Below are positions 44,099 to 54,415 of a DNA stretch of 64,000 bases, piece after piece. The position numbers and the translations under genes are program-made. The notes under the pieces are model-generated. The model ran no database searches and was not told the origin of the DNA. It worked only from the letters and a program-made list of their open reading frames with translations. Source of the DNA: Alcanivorax sp. (lineage in GTDB: Bacteria > Pseudomonadota > Gammaproteobacteria > Pseudomonadales > Alcanivoracaceae). Numbering within the stretch: the stretch's first letter is position 1; each line of letters starts with the position of its first letter. The stretch is from contig CP051239.1 in assembly GCA_017794945.1 (NCBI GenBank), forward strand, positions 1,538,692 through 1,602,691, in the 5' to 3' direction.

Positions 44099-45316
44099 AT
44101 GCTGACCGCCGATCAACTCGCCGTTATCAAAGCCACCGTGCCGGTGCTGCAGGAACACGGGGAAACCCTCACCCGCCATTTCTACCAGCGCATGTTCGAG
44201 CACAATCCGGAAGTGCGCCCCTACTTCAATCCGGCGCATCAGCGGTCCGGGTCTCAGCAGCGTGCCCTGGCCGGCGCCATCTGTGCCTACGCCCAGCACG
44301 TGGACAGCCCGGCGGCGCTCACCGACGCGGTGGAGCTGATCGCGCAGAAGCATGTGTCGTTGGGGATCCGGCCGGAGCACTACCCGATCGTCGGCGAGAA
44401 CCTGCTCGCTTCCATCAAGGAAGTGCTCGGCGACGCCGCCACCGATGACATCATCGACGCCTGGGCGGCCGCCTACGGCGCCCTGGCGGATATCTTCATC
44501 GGCCGGGAGGCGGACATTTACCAAGAGCAGGAACAGCGGTTCGGCTGGCAGGGCTTCAAGCCGTTCGTGGTGGCGCGCCGCGAAGCGGAGAGTGACAACA
44601 TCACCTCCTTCTACCTGCGGCCCGCCGACGGCGCCGCGCTGCAGCCGCACAAACCCGGCCAGTACATCACCCTGCGCGTGGACGTGCCCGGCGCCGGCCC
44701 GGTGATGCGCAACTACAGCCTGTCCAACGCGCCCGGCGACCAGCACTTCCGGATCAGCGTCAAGCGCGAAGCGGCGCCGGTGGACGGTGCCCCGGACGGG
44801 GTCTGCTCCAACCACCTGCACGCCAACCTCAAAGAGGGTGACCACGTGGAGTTGGCGCCGCCGGCCGGAGAATTCGTGCTCGATACCCGGGAGCAGGAGG
44901 CGCCGGTGGTGCTGATCGCCGGCGGTGTCGGCATCACGCCGTTGCTGTCCATGCTGCACCAGTGCCTGGCGGCGTCGCCGGCCAGCCGTCCGGTGACGCT
45001 GATCCAGGGGGCGCTGAACAGCCGGGTGCATCCGTTCCGCGAGGAAGTGCGGGCGCTGGCCGCCGCGCACCCCGACCTGCAAGTGCATGTGCGCTACAGC
45101 GACCCGCTCGCCGGCGACGAACCGGGCCGGGGTTACCACAGCAACGGCCTGATCGATGAGGCGCTGCTCGACGCGCTCAGCGTGGACGGCGCCCACTACT
45201 ATCTGTGCGGGCCGGAACCCATGCTGCGCCACGTCCACGCGCTGCTAAGCCGGCGCGGCGTGCCGATGGACAGGGTTCACTATGAGTTCTTCGGACCGGC
45301 GGCGCTGGCGGCCTGA
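44099..45316 (+). CDS. hmp: Flavohemoglobin (NO dioxygenase)
   Basis: Globin FYQRMF..QKHVSLGIRPEHYPIVG; RNYSLS; GGVGITP; YLCGP; HYEFFGP. Confidence 0.96.
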   Translation: MLTADQLAVIKATVPVLQEHGETLTRHFYQRMFEHNPEVRPYFNPAHQRSGSQQRALAGAICAYAQHVDSPAALTDAVELIAQKHVSLGIRPEHYPIVGENLLASIKEVLGDAATDDIIDAWAAAYGALADIFIGREADIYQEQEQRFGWQGFKPFVVARREAESDNITSFYLRPADGAALQPHKPGQYITLRVDVPGAGPVMRNYSLSNAPGDQHFRISVKREAAPVDGAPDGVCSNHLHANLKEGDHVELAPPAGEFVLDTREQEAPVVLIAGGVGITPLLSMLHQCLAASPASRPVTLIQGALNSRVHPFREEVRALAAAHPDLQVHVRYSDPLAGDEPGRGYHSNGLIDEALLDALSVDGAHYYLCGPEPMLRHVHALLSRRGVPMDRVHYEFFGPAALAA

Positions 45317-45320
45317 GTCA

Positions 45321-46181
45321 TCACCTGAGCGAGCCGTTATCGGTATCTTTATACACTTTGAATACGATGCGGCTCAGCCATTTCATGGCCCCTTCATAGA
45401 GCAGTGGGCAAAAACGCTGGGCAAGCACGCCTAGGCGGATATCAAGGGACGTAAATATCCAGTAGCGATTCTTCTTAACCCCGGCAATAATCTTCTTTGC
45501 CGCGTGCTCGGGGGTTTTGGCGTGCCGCTGGAAGCGTCGCGTCAAGGCCTGTACATCGGGGTCATCCCGATCCACGCCGACAACATTGATAGTTTTCACC
45601 AAGCCGGTGTCCACTGCCCCGGGACAAACTAGGCTTACACCGATGCCGTGTTGGCGAAGGTCGAAGCGCAGCACTTCGCTGATGCCTCTCAAGCCGAACT
45701 TGCTGGCACTATAGGCGGCGTGCCAGGGCAAGCCGAACAGACCCGCGGCGGAGGACACATTGACCAGGTGACCGCCCCTGCCAGCCTTGATCATCGGTGG
45801 CAAAAACGCGTGGATGATATGAACCGGCCCTAATAAATTGACCTCGATGATCTGATTCCAATGCGTTAGCTCCAGATTCTCGATCGTACCCCAGGTCGAG
45901 ATGCCCGCAATGTTCATTACCACGTCGACACAACCATGTTGCTTATGGATATCGTCGGCGAAGGCCTGCACCGCGTATGGATCGGAGACGTCAAGCGCCC
46001 GATGGAATAATACCCGTCCGCCCTTCTCCGTTAGCTCTTGCGTCACAGCGTCCAGTGACGGCCGGTTGATGTCGGTCAGGCACAGCCTGGCGCCTTCGTC
46101 TACGAGCAACTCCGCCGTTGCCCGGCCAATCCCGCTGGCGGCTCCGGTAACCAAGCAGAGCCTATTGCGCAGTGACTTCAT
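45321..46181 (-). CDS. Short-chain dehydrogenase/reductase
   Basis: TGAASGIG, NIAG, NVSS, YSASK. Confidence 0.92.
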   Translation of the reverse strand: MKSLRNRLCLVTGAASGIGRATAELLVDEGARLCLTDINRPSLDAVTQELTEKGGRVLFHRALDVSDPYAVQAFADDIHKQHGCVDVVMNIAGISTWGTIENLELTHWNQIIEVNLLGPVHIIHAFLPPMIKAGRGGHLVNVSSAAGLFGLPWHAAYSASKFGLRGISEVLRFDLRQHGIGVSLVCPGAVDTGLVKTINVVGVDRDDPDVQALTRRFQRHAKTPEHAAKKIIAGVKKNRYWIFTSLDIRLGVLAQRFCPLLYEGAMKWLSRIVFKVYKDTDNGSLR

Positions 46182-46329
46182 GAAGATCTCCTATTTAAGG
46201 CGGGCATGATGCCATGCTGTCTGGCTGCTATCGGTAACCCATCGCGCCACAATAAGGGCCCAAAAGCGCCAAAGCGTCTTGTGTGACCGAAGGTGTGACA
46301 TACTCGGCGATATCGTTAGGAGAATTGCC

Positions 46330-47361
46330 GTGGATGATAACGATAATTGGGTGGCGGCCCCCCACCTCCAGCATCTCGCCCGCACCGCACAGGCCAATGG
46401 TCTTGATGTCGAGCAATGGTTGCTCAGGCTGGGGCGGAAGAACCCGCCGATCGGCGCGGAGGCCACACTGCCGATCTCCATGCTCGAAGAACTCCTGGCA
46501 CAGCTCGACGCGCGATTCCCGGGTTACCCGTTCGGGCTGGTGATGGCGGAGAGCACCCAGCCGGCCGCGTTTGGGGTTCTTGGCTACCTTAGCCAGAGCT
46601 GCACACGCTTCGCGGACGTTTTGGATTTGATCGTCCGCTATAATGGGCTGCTTAGTAGCTTCGGGAACAGCAAGGTGATCTACCTGCCAGGTCGGGTCCG
46701 CGTTGATTGGGAGTGCCTGGCGGGCAGCCCTCTGTTTCGCAGGCATGCGTACGACTATGTCCTGGGTAGCTTTACAGTGCTTGCCCGGACCCTCCTGCAA
46801 CCGACTCCCATGGTTCCCCTTGAGGTCGGTTTTTCCCACCCGCCACCTGAAAATAAAGAGACACGGTTGCGTCTTCAACAACTATTCCAAAGCCCGATTT
46901 ATTTTGACCAGCCGCAAGCGGGAATCTGTTTTGATCGAAAATTAATGGACCAACCCCTTAGCCACAGTGACCTCGGCATTAAGACCACGCTCGCACAACA
47001 TGCTGATGCTCTAATGCGACAGCGGCAACAAACCACGACCTTGCCGAACACTGTGATGCGCTTGGCACGTGCCATGTTCGTTGACTGTCCCCCTGGTTTG
47101 GAGGACGTGGCGGATCAGTTAGGCATTAGTGGTCGTACTCTGCACCGGAGACTGGATGCCCATAACACTAAATTCCGGAGCCTAATTGACGAGATCCGAA
47201 TGGAGAGGGCGCCTGATTTGATATCTAATAGCCACCAGCCACTGGAGGTAACAGCATTTCAGTTGGGCTTTCAGTCAAGGCAATCCCTTATCCGATGGTT
47301 CAAGAAGCGGACTGGTTTAACACCTGGAGAATATCGCCAGCGAGGAAATCACAACTTATGA
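46330..47361 (+). CDS. AraC-family regulator (OruR/VqsM-like)
   Basis: GISGRTLHRRL..LGFQSRQSLIRWFKKRTGLTPGEYR; GTG 46330 after TAGGAG (start uncertain). Confidence 0.85.
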   Translation: MDDNDNWVAAPHLQHLARTAQANGLDVEQWLLRLGRKNPPIGAEATLPISMLEELLAQLDARFPGYPFGLVMAESTQPAAFGVLGYLSQSCTRFADVLDLIVRYNGLLSSFGNSKVIYLPGRVRVDWECLAGSPLFRRHAYDYVLGSFTVLARTLLQPTPMVPLEVGFSHPPPENKETRLRLQQLFQSPIYFDQPQAGICFDRKLMDQPLSHSDLGIKTTLAQHADALMRQRQQTTTLPNTVMRLARAMFVDCPPGLEDVADQLGISGRTLHRRLDAHNTKFRSLIDEIRMERAPDLISNSHQPLEVTAFQLGFQSRQSLIRWFKKRTGLTPGEYRQRGNHNL

Positions 47362-47981
47362 AAGATGCAGACCTATTACGACCCGAGAGCGGCTGGGCGG
47401 GCCCTGATTACGTTCGCATTCCCGCCCCGCCGCGGCGGCAGCGGGCTCTGCTGCTGCGCAGTCTGTCGGGCGTGGCTCGACTTTTTGGCCGGCCGGAGCT
47501 GCCGCATATATTTCCGGTGTTGGGCATTAACGGTCGGCTTTTCTGGCCATGGCTGATTTTCGCCTCCCAGATGATGCCTTTCGGTCGGCTCCCCGCCACG
47601 GACAGGGAGAAAGTGATCCTGCGTGTGGCTTGGCACTGCAGAAGTCGCTATGAGTGGGGTCAACATGTGGAAATGGCGCTGAAAGTTGGTGTTAGCGATA
47701 ATGAAATTATCGAGATCACGAAACCGTCCGGTGACATCCTGAACCAGGATGATCGACTGCTGGTGAAGGTATGCGATCAGCTGTGCCAGCAGCGTCCTAT
47801 TGATGAAGACAACTGGCTTGCGCTGAACCAGAAGTATAACAAGAGGCAAGTAATCGAAATAATTATGCTTGTTGGCCATTATGTAATGGTCGCTGGCTTG
47901 TTGATTAACGCGGGTATCGAGCTGGAAACGGCCACCGAGAAGACGTTACAGGGCTTCTATGCGCGCCTGCCGAAGGGATAG
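47358..47981 (+). CDS. Carboxymuconolactone decarboxylase/AhpD-like protein
   Basis: DREKVILRVAWHCRSRYEWGQH..EIIMLVGHYVM. Confidence 0.82.
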   Translation: MKDADLLRPESGWAGPDYVRIPAPPRRQRALLLRSLSGVARLFGRPELPHIFPVLGINGRLFWPWLIFASQMMPFGRLPATDREKVILRVAWHCRSRYEWGQHVEMALKVGVSDNEIIEITKPSGDILNQDDRLLVKVCDQLCQQRPIDEDNWLALNQKYNKRQVIEIIMLVGHYVMVAGLLINAGIELETATEKTLQGFYARLPKG

Positions 47982-48072
47982 GCGGATCCGGTGACCCTGG
48001 CTGTCCGGATTTGATCCTTCCAACAATGCGATGATTTGGCGTTACGCATATTTTCAACAGTTGCGAGGCGCC

Positions 48073-49722
48073 ATGATGATCAGATCGCCCCATTTTTTGG
48101 TTATTATTTTTCTTTTCTTTTGTACGCCACTTTACTCCTTTCAGGTGTCTGATGGCGAGCGGGTAAACCAACAAATTATAGACTTCGATATCGTCTCCGA
48201 TAACCTTGTGGATGCAACCACTGTAAGGGTGATGTTGCCTACCGGATATTCCAATACTGTTTCAGAGTATCCGGTTATTTACCTGCTCCATGGTGGTGGC
48301 GGAACCCATGAAGACTGGACGGTATGGGGGGTGCAGGAAATTGTTGGCGACCGTGACGTAATCATCGTCCAGCCGTCGATGGGAAAAGGGAGCTGGTATG
48401 CTGATGCGGCCGTCCCTGGTATAGACGGCACCCCGAAGTGGGAGACTTTTTTCTTTGAAGAGCTTGTGCCCTGGGTAGATAGTACCTTTACAACCGACGC
48501 CCGCCGCGAGGGGCGCGCAGTGGTTGGCCTTTCGATGGGAGGCTATGGCGCGATGAGTTACGCGGCGAGGCACCCCGACCAAATCATCGCCGCCGCCGCA
48601 TTCTCCGGTGCGGTCGATACCAGCAGGGAGTTAATTTCCAATTGGATCGGTGTGTCACCGGTTATAGACGCAAGAATGCCTTACTCGATCTTCGGGCTCT
48701 GGCCTCTCGATACCAAGGCCCGCCAGGCGCATAACCCCCTCAACCTAGCGCATAATCTGGCTGGCATGCATCTCTCCTTCTACTTCGGTAACGGAAACCG
48801 AGGGGTTCTTGACAATCAGAACGAGTACAACCCCGTCAATCTGTTCATGGGCTGGATTCAGGAAGCCGAGGTGCACCGAATGAATTTCGCCATGCATGAT
48901 CGGCTCAACCAACTGGGAATAGTCCACCAGTTTCACCCCTATGGTGACGGCATGCATTCGCCGGGCTACTGGATTCGTAGTTTCCGGCAGGAATTACCAG
49001 AACTAATGCGTGTCTTCGATAATCCGCCGGAGCCTAGCAATAGGTTGGTGAACGGTGACTTCGAGACGGAAGGCGTTCTGGGAAATGCCGATAATAATGG
49101 TTGGCAGTGCCTGGGTCAGTGTGGCCTGGATCGAGGGCTGGAGCTAGAACACCAGGGCGTGAGCAATGGCTGGGTTCGCAACAGTAACACCGAATGGAAC
49201 GAGCTGTACCAGGAGATCTCCGTCGCCAAGAAAACCGATTACCACCTGTCCGCCTGGATAAGAACATCCGGATCCAAGCTGACTCTTCTGGGGGTTCGTG
49301 GAATGGACGGGGCTACGCTGGTGGATACGCCGATAAGTGCAAGCGCGGACTATGCGGTATATCAATTAGCGTTTAATACGGGTGACCATGATGTTATACG
49401 TGTCTTTGCCGGATTGCAGCCTGGCGGTGATGATGCCTGGCTCCAGCTGGATGATGTGTTCCTGGCGGCGGGGCTTGCGCCGCCGGTAGCACCGGTGGTG
49501 CCGGATGAAGACCCCTTCGAGCCCTTCCCTAATGTTCCCCCTGAAGATGACACCAATGACGGCGCCCCCGCGAAAAACAGCGGCGGCTCCGCTCCGGTTG
49601 CTGGGTCCGGGGGCGGGTCGATACCCCTATCGGCCCTTCTGTTGGGGCTGGGTTTCGGTGTTTGGCGCACGATCTCGAGGAGTTTCAGCGGTCGCAGAAC
49701 AGGTCGTGCAGCACCTCGATAA
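48073..49722 (+). CDS. Secreted esterase (Antigen-85/tributyrin-esterase-like) + CBM-like domain + GlyGly-CTERM anchor
   Basis: Signal peptide; YPVIYLLHG, GLSMGG, GMHSPGYW; LVNGDFE beta-sandwich; Pro/Asp linker; GSGGGS-hydrophobic-WR..R tail; start uncertain (48031/48073). Confidence 0.8.
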   Translation: MMIRSPHFLVIIFLFFCTPLYSFQVSDGERVNQQIIDFDIVSDNLVDATTVRVMLPTGYSNTVSEYPVIYLLHGGGGTHEDWTVWGVQEIVGDRDVIIVQPSMGKGSWYADAAVPGIDGTPKWETFFFEELVPWVDSTFTTDARREGRAVVGLSMGGYGAMSYAARHPDQIIAAAAFSGAVDTSRELISNWIGVSPVIDARMPYSIFGLWPLDTKARQAHNPLNLAHNLAGMHLSFYFGNGNRGVLDNQNEYNPVNLFMGWIQEAEVHRMNFAMHDRLNQLGIVHQFHPYGDGMHSPGYWIRSFRQELPELMRVFDNPPEPSNRLVNGDFETEGVLGNADNNGWQCLGQCGLDRGLELEHQGVSNGWVRNSNTEWNELYQEISVAKKTDYHLSAWIRTSGSKLTLLGVRGMDGATLVDTPISASADYAVYQLAFNTGDHDVIRVFAGLQPGGDDAWLQLDDVFLAAGLAPPVAPVVPDEDPFEPFPNVPPEDDTNDGAPAKNSGGSAPVAGSGGGSIPLSALLLGLGFGVWRTISRSFSGRRTGRAAPR

Positions 49723-50014
49723 TGCGGGTCGCCCGGGTGCCCTGCAGGGAATAATAGATCGTCTGGGCGTCGCGGCGGGTCTGTACCAGATCGTCGCGGC
49801 GCAGTACCGCCAGGTGCTGGGAGACCACTGACTGGCTGCCCGCCACCCGTGCGTTGATCTCGCCCACCGTCATCTCGCCCTCCACCAGCATGCAGAGAAT
49901 CAGCAGGCGCTTCTCGTGGGACAACGACTTGAGCAGGCGGGCGGCGTCGGCGGCGTGCTCGGCCATCGCTTCGTCGGGCTTTGGGGGGCTGTTTTTAAGG
50001 CGTGTGTCGGTCAT
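49685..50014 (-). CDS. bigR: ArsR/SmtB persulfide sensor (BigR/SqrR-like)
   Basis: LKSLSHEKRLLILCML..SQHLAVLR..IYYSL..LFC; both BigR-type Cys present. Confidence 0.8.
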   Translation of the reverse strand: MTDTRLKNSPPKPDEAMAEHAADAARLLKSLSHEKRLLILCMLVEGEMTVGEINARVAGSQSVVSQHLAVLRRDDLVQTRRDAQTIYYSLQGTRATRIIEVLHDLFCDR

Positions 50015-50047
50015 GGCATCGCTTCAATGATTTGACCTCAAAATAGC

Positions 50048-50093
50048 ATTAGAAAGATGTAATGTAAATTTTTCTATATTAGGTTTGACTAAT
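50048..50093. promoter_or_regulatory. Two ATTA-N8-TAAT operators for the BigR-like repressor
   Basis: ATTAgaaagatgTAAT (50048-63) and ATTAggtttgacTAAT (50078-93) in the divergent promoter. Confidence 0.6.
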
Positions 50094-50144
50094 AAAAGGG
50101 CGCGGACTATAAAGAATTAAATGGATGTCACCCAGGAGGTTTTC

Positions 50145-51059
50145 ATGGCAGCCGCGCAACGCCCTCAGGTTCGCTCCTTTCTTCACGAGCCCACCTCCAC
50201 CTTTTCCTACGTGGTCTGGGACCCGGACACCCGCCGCGCCGCGGTGATCGATTCGGTGCTCGACTACGAAGCCGAGTCCGGACGGCTCAGCACCGATACC
50301 GCCGACGAACTGATACGTTTCGTACGCGATCAGGGGCTGGAGGTGGAGTGGGTGCTGGAGACCCATGCCCACGCCGACCACCTGGCCGGCGGCGCCCATG
50401 TGCACCGGCAACTGGGCGGCACCACCGGCATCGGTGTCGGCATTCGCCAGGTGCAGAAGCACTTCAAGGACGTCTACGGCTTCGAACGCGGCTTCCAGGC
50501 GGACGGCACGCCCTTCGAGCACCTGTTCGAGGATTTCGAAAGCTTCCGGGTGGGCAATATCGAGGCCCGTGCCATCCCCACGCCCGGGCACACCTCGGAT
50601 CACCTGACGTATCAGATCGGCGACGCTATCTTCGTCGGCGACACCCTGTTCATGCCCGACGGCGGCACCGCCCGCTGCGACTTTCCCGGCGGCAGCGCCC
50701 ATACCCTGTATCAGTCGATCCAGCGGTTGTTCGAGCTGCCCGACGACACCCGCCTGTTCGTGCTGCACGACTACCGGCCCGGCGGTCGCGACTACCGTTA
50801 CGAAACCACCGTGGGTGACCAGAAGCGCGACAATATTCATGTCGGCGGCGGCCGCTCCGAGGACGACTTCGTCAAGCTGCGTACCGAGCGCGACGCCACC
50901 CTCGGCCTGCCCGATCTGATTATCCCCTCGGTGCAGATCAACGTCCGCGCCGGCCACACCCCGCCCGCCGACGACAACGGCCGGCGCTACATCAAGGTGC
51001 CCTTGAACCACCCGGAAGGGTTCTCCCAGACCGCGCACGACGAGGAGCTGCCGGTATGA
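50145..51059 (+). CDS. blh: Persulfide dioxygenase (Blh/ETHE1-like MBL fold)
   Basis: LETHAHADH, TPGHT, GDTLFMPDGGTARCDFPGG, HDY; ATG 50145 after AGGAGG. Confidence 0.88.
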   Translation: MAAAQRPQVRSFLHEPTSTFSYVVWDPDTRRAAVIDSVLDYEAESGRLSTDTADELIRFVRDQGLEVEWVLETHAHADHLAGGAHVHRQLGGTTGIGVGIRQVQKHFKDVYGFERGFQADGTPFEHLFEDFESFRVGNIEARAIPTPGHTSDHLTYQIGDAIFVGDTLFMPDGGTARCDFPGGSAHTLYQSIQRLFELPDDTRLFVLHDYRPGGRDYRYETTVGDQKRDNIHVGGGRSEDDFVKLRTERDATLGLPDLIIPSVQINVRAGHTPPADDNGRRYIKVPLNHPEGFSQTAHDEELPV

Positions 51060-51493
51060 CCATCGTGAACTTCACCCCCTGGGCCGGCCTGATCGGCGGT
51101 CTGCTGATCGGCGCCAGCGCCTCGCTGCTGCTGTGGCTCAACGGGCGCATCGCCCGCATCAGCGGCATCGTCGCCGGCGCCACGGTGGAGCCGGGCGGCG
51201 ACCGAGCCTGGCGCTGGCTGTTCCTGGCCGGCCTGCTCGGCGGCGCCGCCCTGGCGTTCTGGCTGGTGCCCGGCAGCCTGGCCTTCCAGTCGGACATGCC
51301 CTGGCCGGTATTCCTGGTGGCCGGCCTGATCGTCGGTTTCGGCACCCGGCTGGGCAGCGGCTGCACCAGCGGCCACGGCGTCTGCGGCCTGGCCCGGCTG
51401 TCGCCGCGCTCGCTGGCCTCGGTGGCCACCTTCATGGCCACCGGCATCCTCACCGTGTTCGTGATCCGGCATTTACTGGGAGTGGGCGCATGA
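51056..51493 (+). CDS. YeeE/YedE-family sulfur transporter subunit
   Basis: [22 protein letters not shown]. Confidence 0.88.
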   Translation: MTIVNFTPWAGLIGGLLIGASASLLLWLNGRIARISGIVAGATVEPGGDRAWRWLFLAGLLGGAALAFWLVPGSLAFQSDMPWPVFLVAGLIVGFGTRLGSGCTSGHGVCGLARLSPRSLASVATFMATGILTVFVIRHLLGVGA

Positions 51494-51906
51494 AGAAGAA
51501 TATCGCCGCGTTGATCGCCGGCCTGCTGTTCGGTCTCGGCCTAGCCATCTCGCAAATGACCAACCCGGCCAAGGTGCTCAACTTCCTGGACATCACCGGC
51601 ACCTGGGACCCCACCCTGGCGTTCGTCATGGGCGGCGCCGTGCTGGTTACCCTGATCAGCTTCCGCTTTATCCTCAAACAGGACCGGCCGCTGTTCGAGG
51701 GCCAGTTCCATCTGCCCACCCGCAGCGATATCGATGGCCGCCTGCTCGGTGGCGCGGCCCTGTTCGGCATCGGCTGGGGGCTGGCCGGCTACTGCCCCGG
51801 CCCGGGCATCGCCGCGCTGGTGATGGGGCTGTGGGAGCCGGCGTTGTTCGTGGTGGGCTTGCTGGTGGGGATGTGGGGGTTTCGGCGATTGCCTCCGGTG
51901 GGCTAG
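51490..51906 (+). CDS. YeeE/YedE-family (DUF6691) sulfur transporter subunit
   Basis: GLAISQMTNPAKVLNFLD..WDPTL, FGIGWGLAGYCPGP; ATG 51490. Confidence 0.88.
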   Translation: MKKNIAALIAGLLFGLGLAISQMTNPAKVLNFLDITGTWDPTLAFVMGGAVLVTLISFRFILKQDRPLFEGQFHLPTRSDIDGRLLGGAALFGIGWGLAGYCPGPGIAALVMGLWEPALFVVGLLVGMWGFRRLPPVG

Positions 51907-52021
51907 GGCGCCGGTGAGTCGACGAGGCAACCTGTAGATCGGCCATGATCTCGTACGCGTCCCGGTACTCATTAATGGCGTAACTACGCTCTCTGGGGAA
52001 CTTGCGGTGTTACAGTGTCAA

Positions 52022-54370
52022 TCATGATTCGCTATCTGAGAACAGATTACCTTGAGTAGCCATGGTTTCGCGAACCTTGCTCAAACCAAGTTCGAAATAG
52101 TCTTTATCTAATTCAAACATTATCGCATTAATATTTTTCTGTATGGCAGCACAAGCGGTTGTCATGCTGCCGCCGTAAGGATCAACAATTGTCGCGCCTT
52201 TGGGTAACGTGTCGATTAAGAGATTCGGGATTTCAGGAGGGAACGGCGCGGTATGTCCGTGAGTGTTCCTCCCACGCACCATTTTTAAAACGGGGCGTTG
52301 TTTCAAAATTTGAACGGCCGGTAGCTTTGCCTTGTTGCCCGGCTTACGAAAAACAAGACAATGCTCCCAACAATTAAAGGGAAGTTGGTAATATGGAGAC
52401 GTATTGCCGCCATTAAAATTGCGTTTGCCTTCGATGTCGCCCTTGTACCAAATTATATTTTTCGCGATTTTGAAACCAGCCTTCTCGAACAAATAAATGA
52501 TATAGGCTCCCAATATCATTCTCTTTTTGCCCATGGCCGAAAAGGCGACGATATTCTCGTTATCGAAATAGTCAAAGATGTTGTAGATGTATAAACCGCC
52601 CGGTTTCAGAGACTTGTATACTGCTCGCGCAGCGTTGTACATATCATAAAGATAGCAATAGATATTTGGCCATTGTGAATATTCGCGTGCGTTAAAGTAC
52701 GGCGGCGATGTGACAGCACCGTCGACGCTCTCGGGCTTCAAAGCACTTAGTCCGCTTTCACAGTGATCGTTTACTAGTCGGATTCCCGGCTTTGGTAGCA
52801 GTTCTCTCGGTTTGCGTGTCATTAGGTTCTGTGGTCGCTCTAGGGCAAAGCGCTTGAAGAAGTCGCCATTAAAGAAGCGTTCTCGAATGCCCTCATCCGC
52901 TTTCCAGGCTCCGAAGCGTTCGAATGTGACTTTACGTCCTAGATGGTTATTCGGTCTTCTACTCTCGCGTCCTATCACTACCACGCGATCTTTGTGTAAA
53001 CTATATTGGCGAATGAGCATATCCAAAACTTCGCAATCTCGGATATTAAAGACTACATCATTACGCCAGCGCCTGAGGGTTTCTAGCGGGATTTGATCTT
53101 CCGCCGAAGCGATGGCTTCCTGTCTAATAATCGAGGCTAAGGAATATCGGTTGCCGCGATCGTAGGCGCTTCGCTCTGGACAAATCAAGTTTTGACACTC
53201 CCAGCTCCGCACACCGAGAGAAGGATATGAGTTCCCGCCTACTTTATCTGATCGGCATGCCGGACAAGGTATAATACGTTCATCACGCTCATTTTTTTCA
53301 AACAGGAGTAGAATATCGTAAGGCGCAGCGGTCGTTCCCTCCTCGTGCGAGTGTGAAAGAATAAAACAATCCTTGAAAAAGAATCCTTCATTCACAATAT
53401 CAAAGCTTTCTTCTGTAGACTCCAGCGCGGCGCCTATGTAGTCTTTGGTCGTGCTGTGGATAACCGTAGGTTTGAAATACCCTTTCTTTAAGGCAATTTC
53501 GCGATGCTTTTCAGCAAAGAGGGTGATGTCGCTAAAAATTCGCCAAAGGCGACCTTCGTCGCCGGGATTTGCTCGTAAGCGCATCGAAAAATAGCAGTGA
53601 TTAGCCAGTCGGATATAGCTATCACGAACGCCCGTAAGAAGAAGATCAGATAGCTCCTGGTCGGTTAGCGCTGGATAGGCGCTGATATCTATATCTTGAT
53701 GGATTAGTGCGCACTCGCGGTGTAGTTGTTCATAATGATGGGTGCGAAGGTGATCAAAAAAATTAGGATGATATTCTTTGCGTGCATCTGCATTAAATAC
53801 TTTATGCATGGCACCGTCTTTAAAAGATCGGAACACGAAAGAGCCAAACAGAGCGCGCTGGATTAAAGTCTGTTTTTCTTCGAGAGCGCAATCTCTTGCG
53901 TCGCTGCGTTTAACGAGCCCAGTACACAGAAGGTTATGCAGGCCTGATACGGTTTCATCTTCTGTAATTGGCTGAAAGCCTGCGAACAAGGATTTATCTA
54001 TGCCTTTCGATTCACACCACTCCTTGAAACCCTGATAATCTGCATGGTCGAAGAGTGCAGAGAGCGTGTTCTTGTCGCGATAGTTAAAGAAATGCTGTCG
54101 CTTCGCCGCGAGGTTAAGGAAAGCCTTGAAGCTTTGTTTGTTAAGGCCTAGTCGGCTATTGACCAGGGCGTAGAGTTCATGACTGCGCTCTGGCGAGGAC
54201 CGCAAAGCCTTTTTGCCTGCAGCTCGCACCGCGTCTTTAGCTGCATCCATGAGGTCGCGTGGGCACTCGAATCGGAGTCCTAGCAAGTCGTTAAACTCAG
54301 CTAATAAATCTATAACAAGGGATTCCTTCACTTCCGCTGTCCTCTCAGACTGGATATGCGATTTTGGCAT
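52022..54370 (-). CDS. Large beta-class amino (probably N4-C) DNA methyltransferase with long N-terminal extension and Zn ribbon
   Basis: VTSPPY (motif IV) precedes HTAPFP and VDPYGGS (motif I), i.e. beta order; CPAC..WECQNLIC in the N-terminal half; low GC. Confidence 0.85.
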   Translation of the reverse strand: MPKSHIQSERTAEVKESLVIDLLAEFNDLLGLRFECPRDLMDAAKDAVRAAGKKALRSSPERSHELYALVNSRLGLNKQSFKAFLNLAAKRQHFFNYRDKNTLSALFDHADYQGFKEWCESKGIDKSLFAGFQPITEDETVSGLHNLLCTGLVKRSDARDCALEEKQTLIQRALFGSFVFRSFKDGAMHKVFNADARKEYHPNFFDHLRTHHYEQLHRECALIHQDIDISAYPALTDQELSDLLLTGVRDSYIRLANHCYFSMRLRANPGDEGRLWRIFSDITLFAEKHREIALKKGYFKPTVIHSTTKDYIGAALESTEESFDIVNEGFFFKDCFILSHSHEEGTTAAPYDILLLFEKNERDERIIPCPACRSDKVGGNSYPSLGVRSWECQNLICPERSAYDRGNRYSLASIIRQEAIASAEDQIPLETLRRWRNDVVFNIRDCEVLDMLIRQYSLHKDRVVVIGRESRRPNNHLGRKVTFERFGAWKADEGIRERFFNGDFFKRFALERPQNLMTRKPRELLPKPGIRLVNDHCESGLSALKPESVDGAVTSPPYFNAREYSQWPNIYCYLYDMYNAARAVYKSLKPGGLYIYNIFDYFDNENIVAFSAMGKKRMILGAYIIYLFEKAGFKIAKNIIWYKGDIEGKRNFNGGNTSPYYQLPFNCWEHCLVFRKPGNKAKLPAVQILKQRPVLKMVRGRNTHGHTAPFPPEIPNLLIDTLPKGATIVDPYGGSMTTACAAIQKNINAIMFELDKDYFELGLSKVRETMATQGNLFSDSES

Positions 54371-54415
54371 ATTTTGCCGTGTCTTTTATGCTTTTGCAAC
54401 ACCTAGAGGCGGCAT

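Noticed and set aside
51907-52021. Short minus-strand frame ..YAINEYRDAYEIMADLQV at the RM block boundary, possibly a gene remnant or att site
   Set aside because: Too short to assign; no match to the yicC 3' end visible by eye
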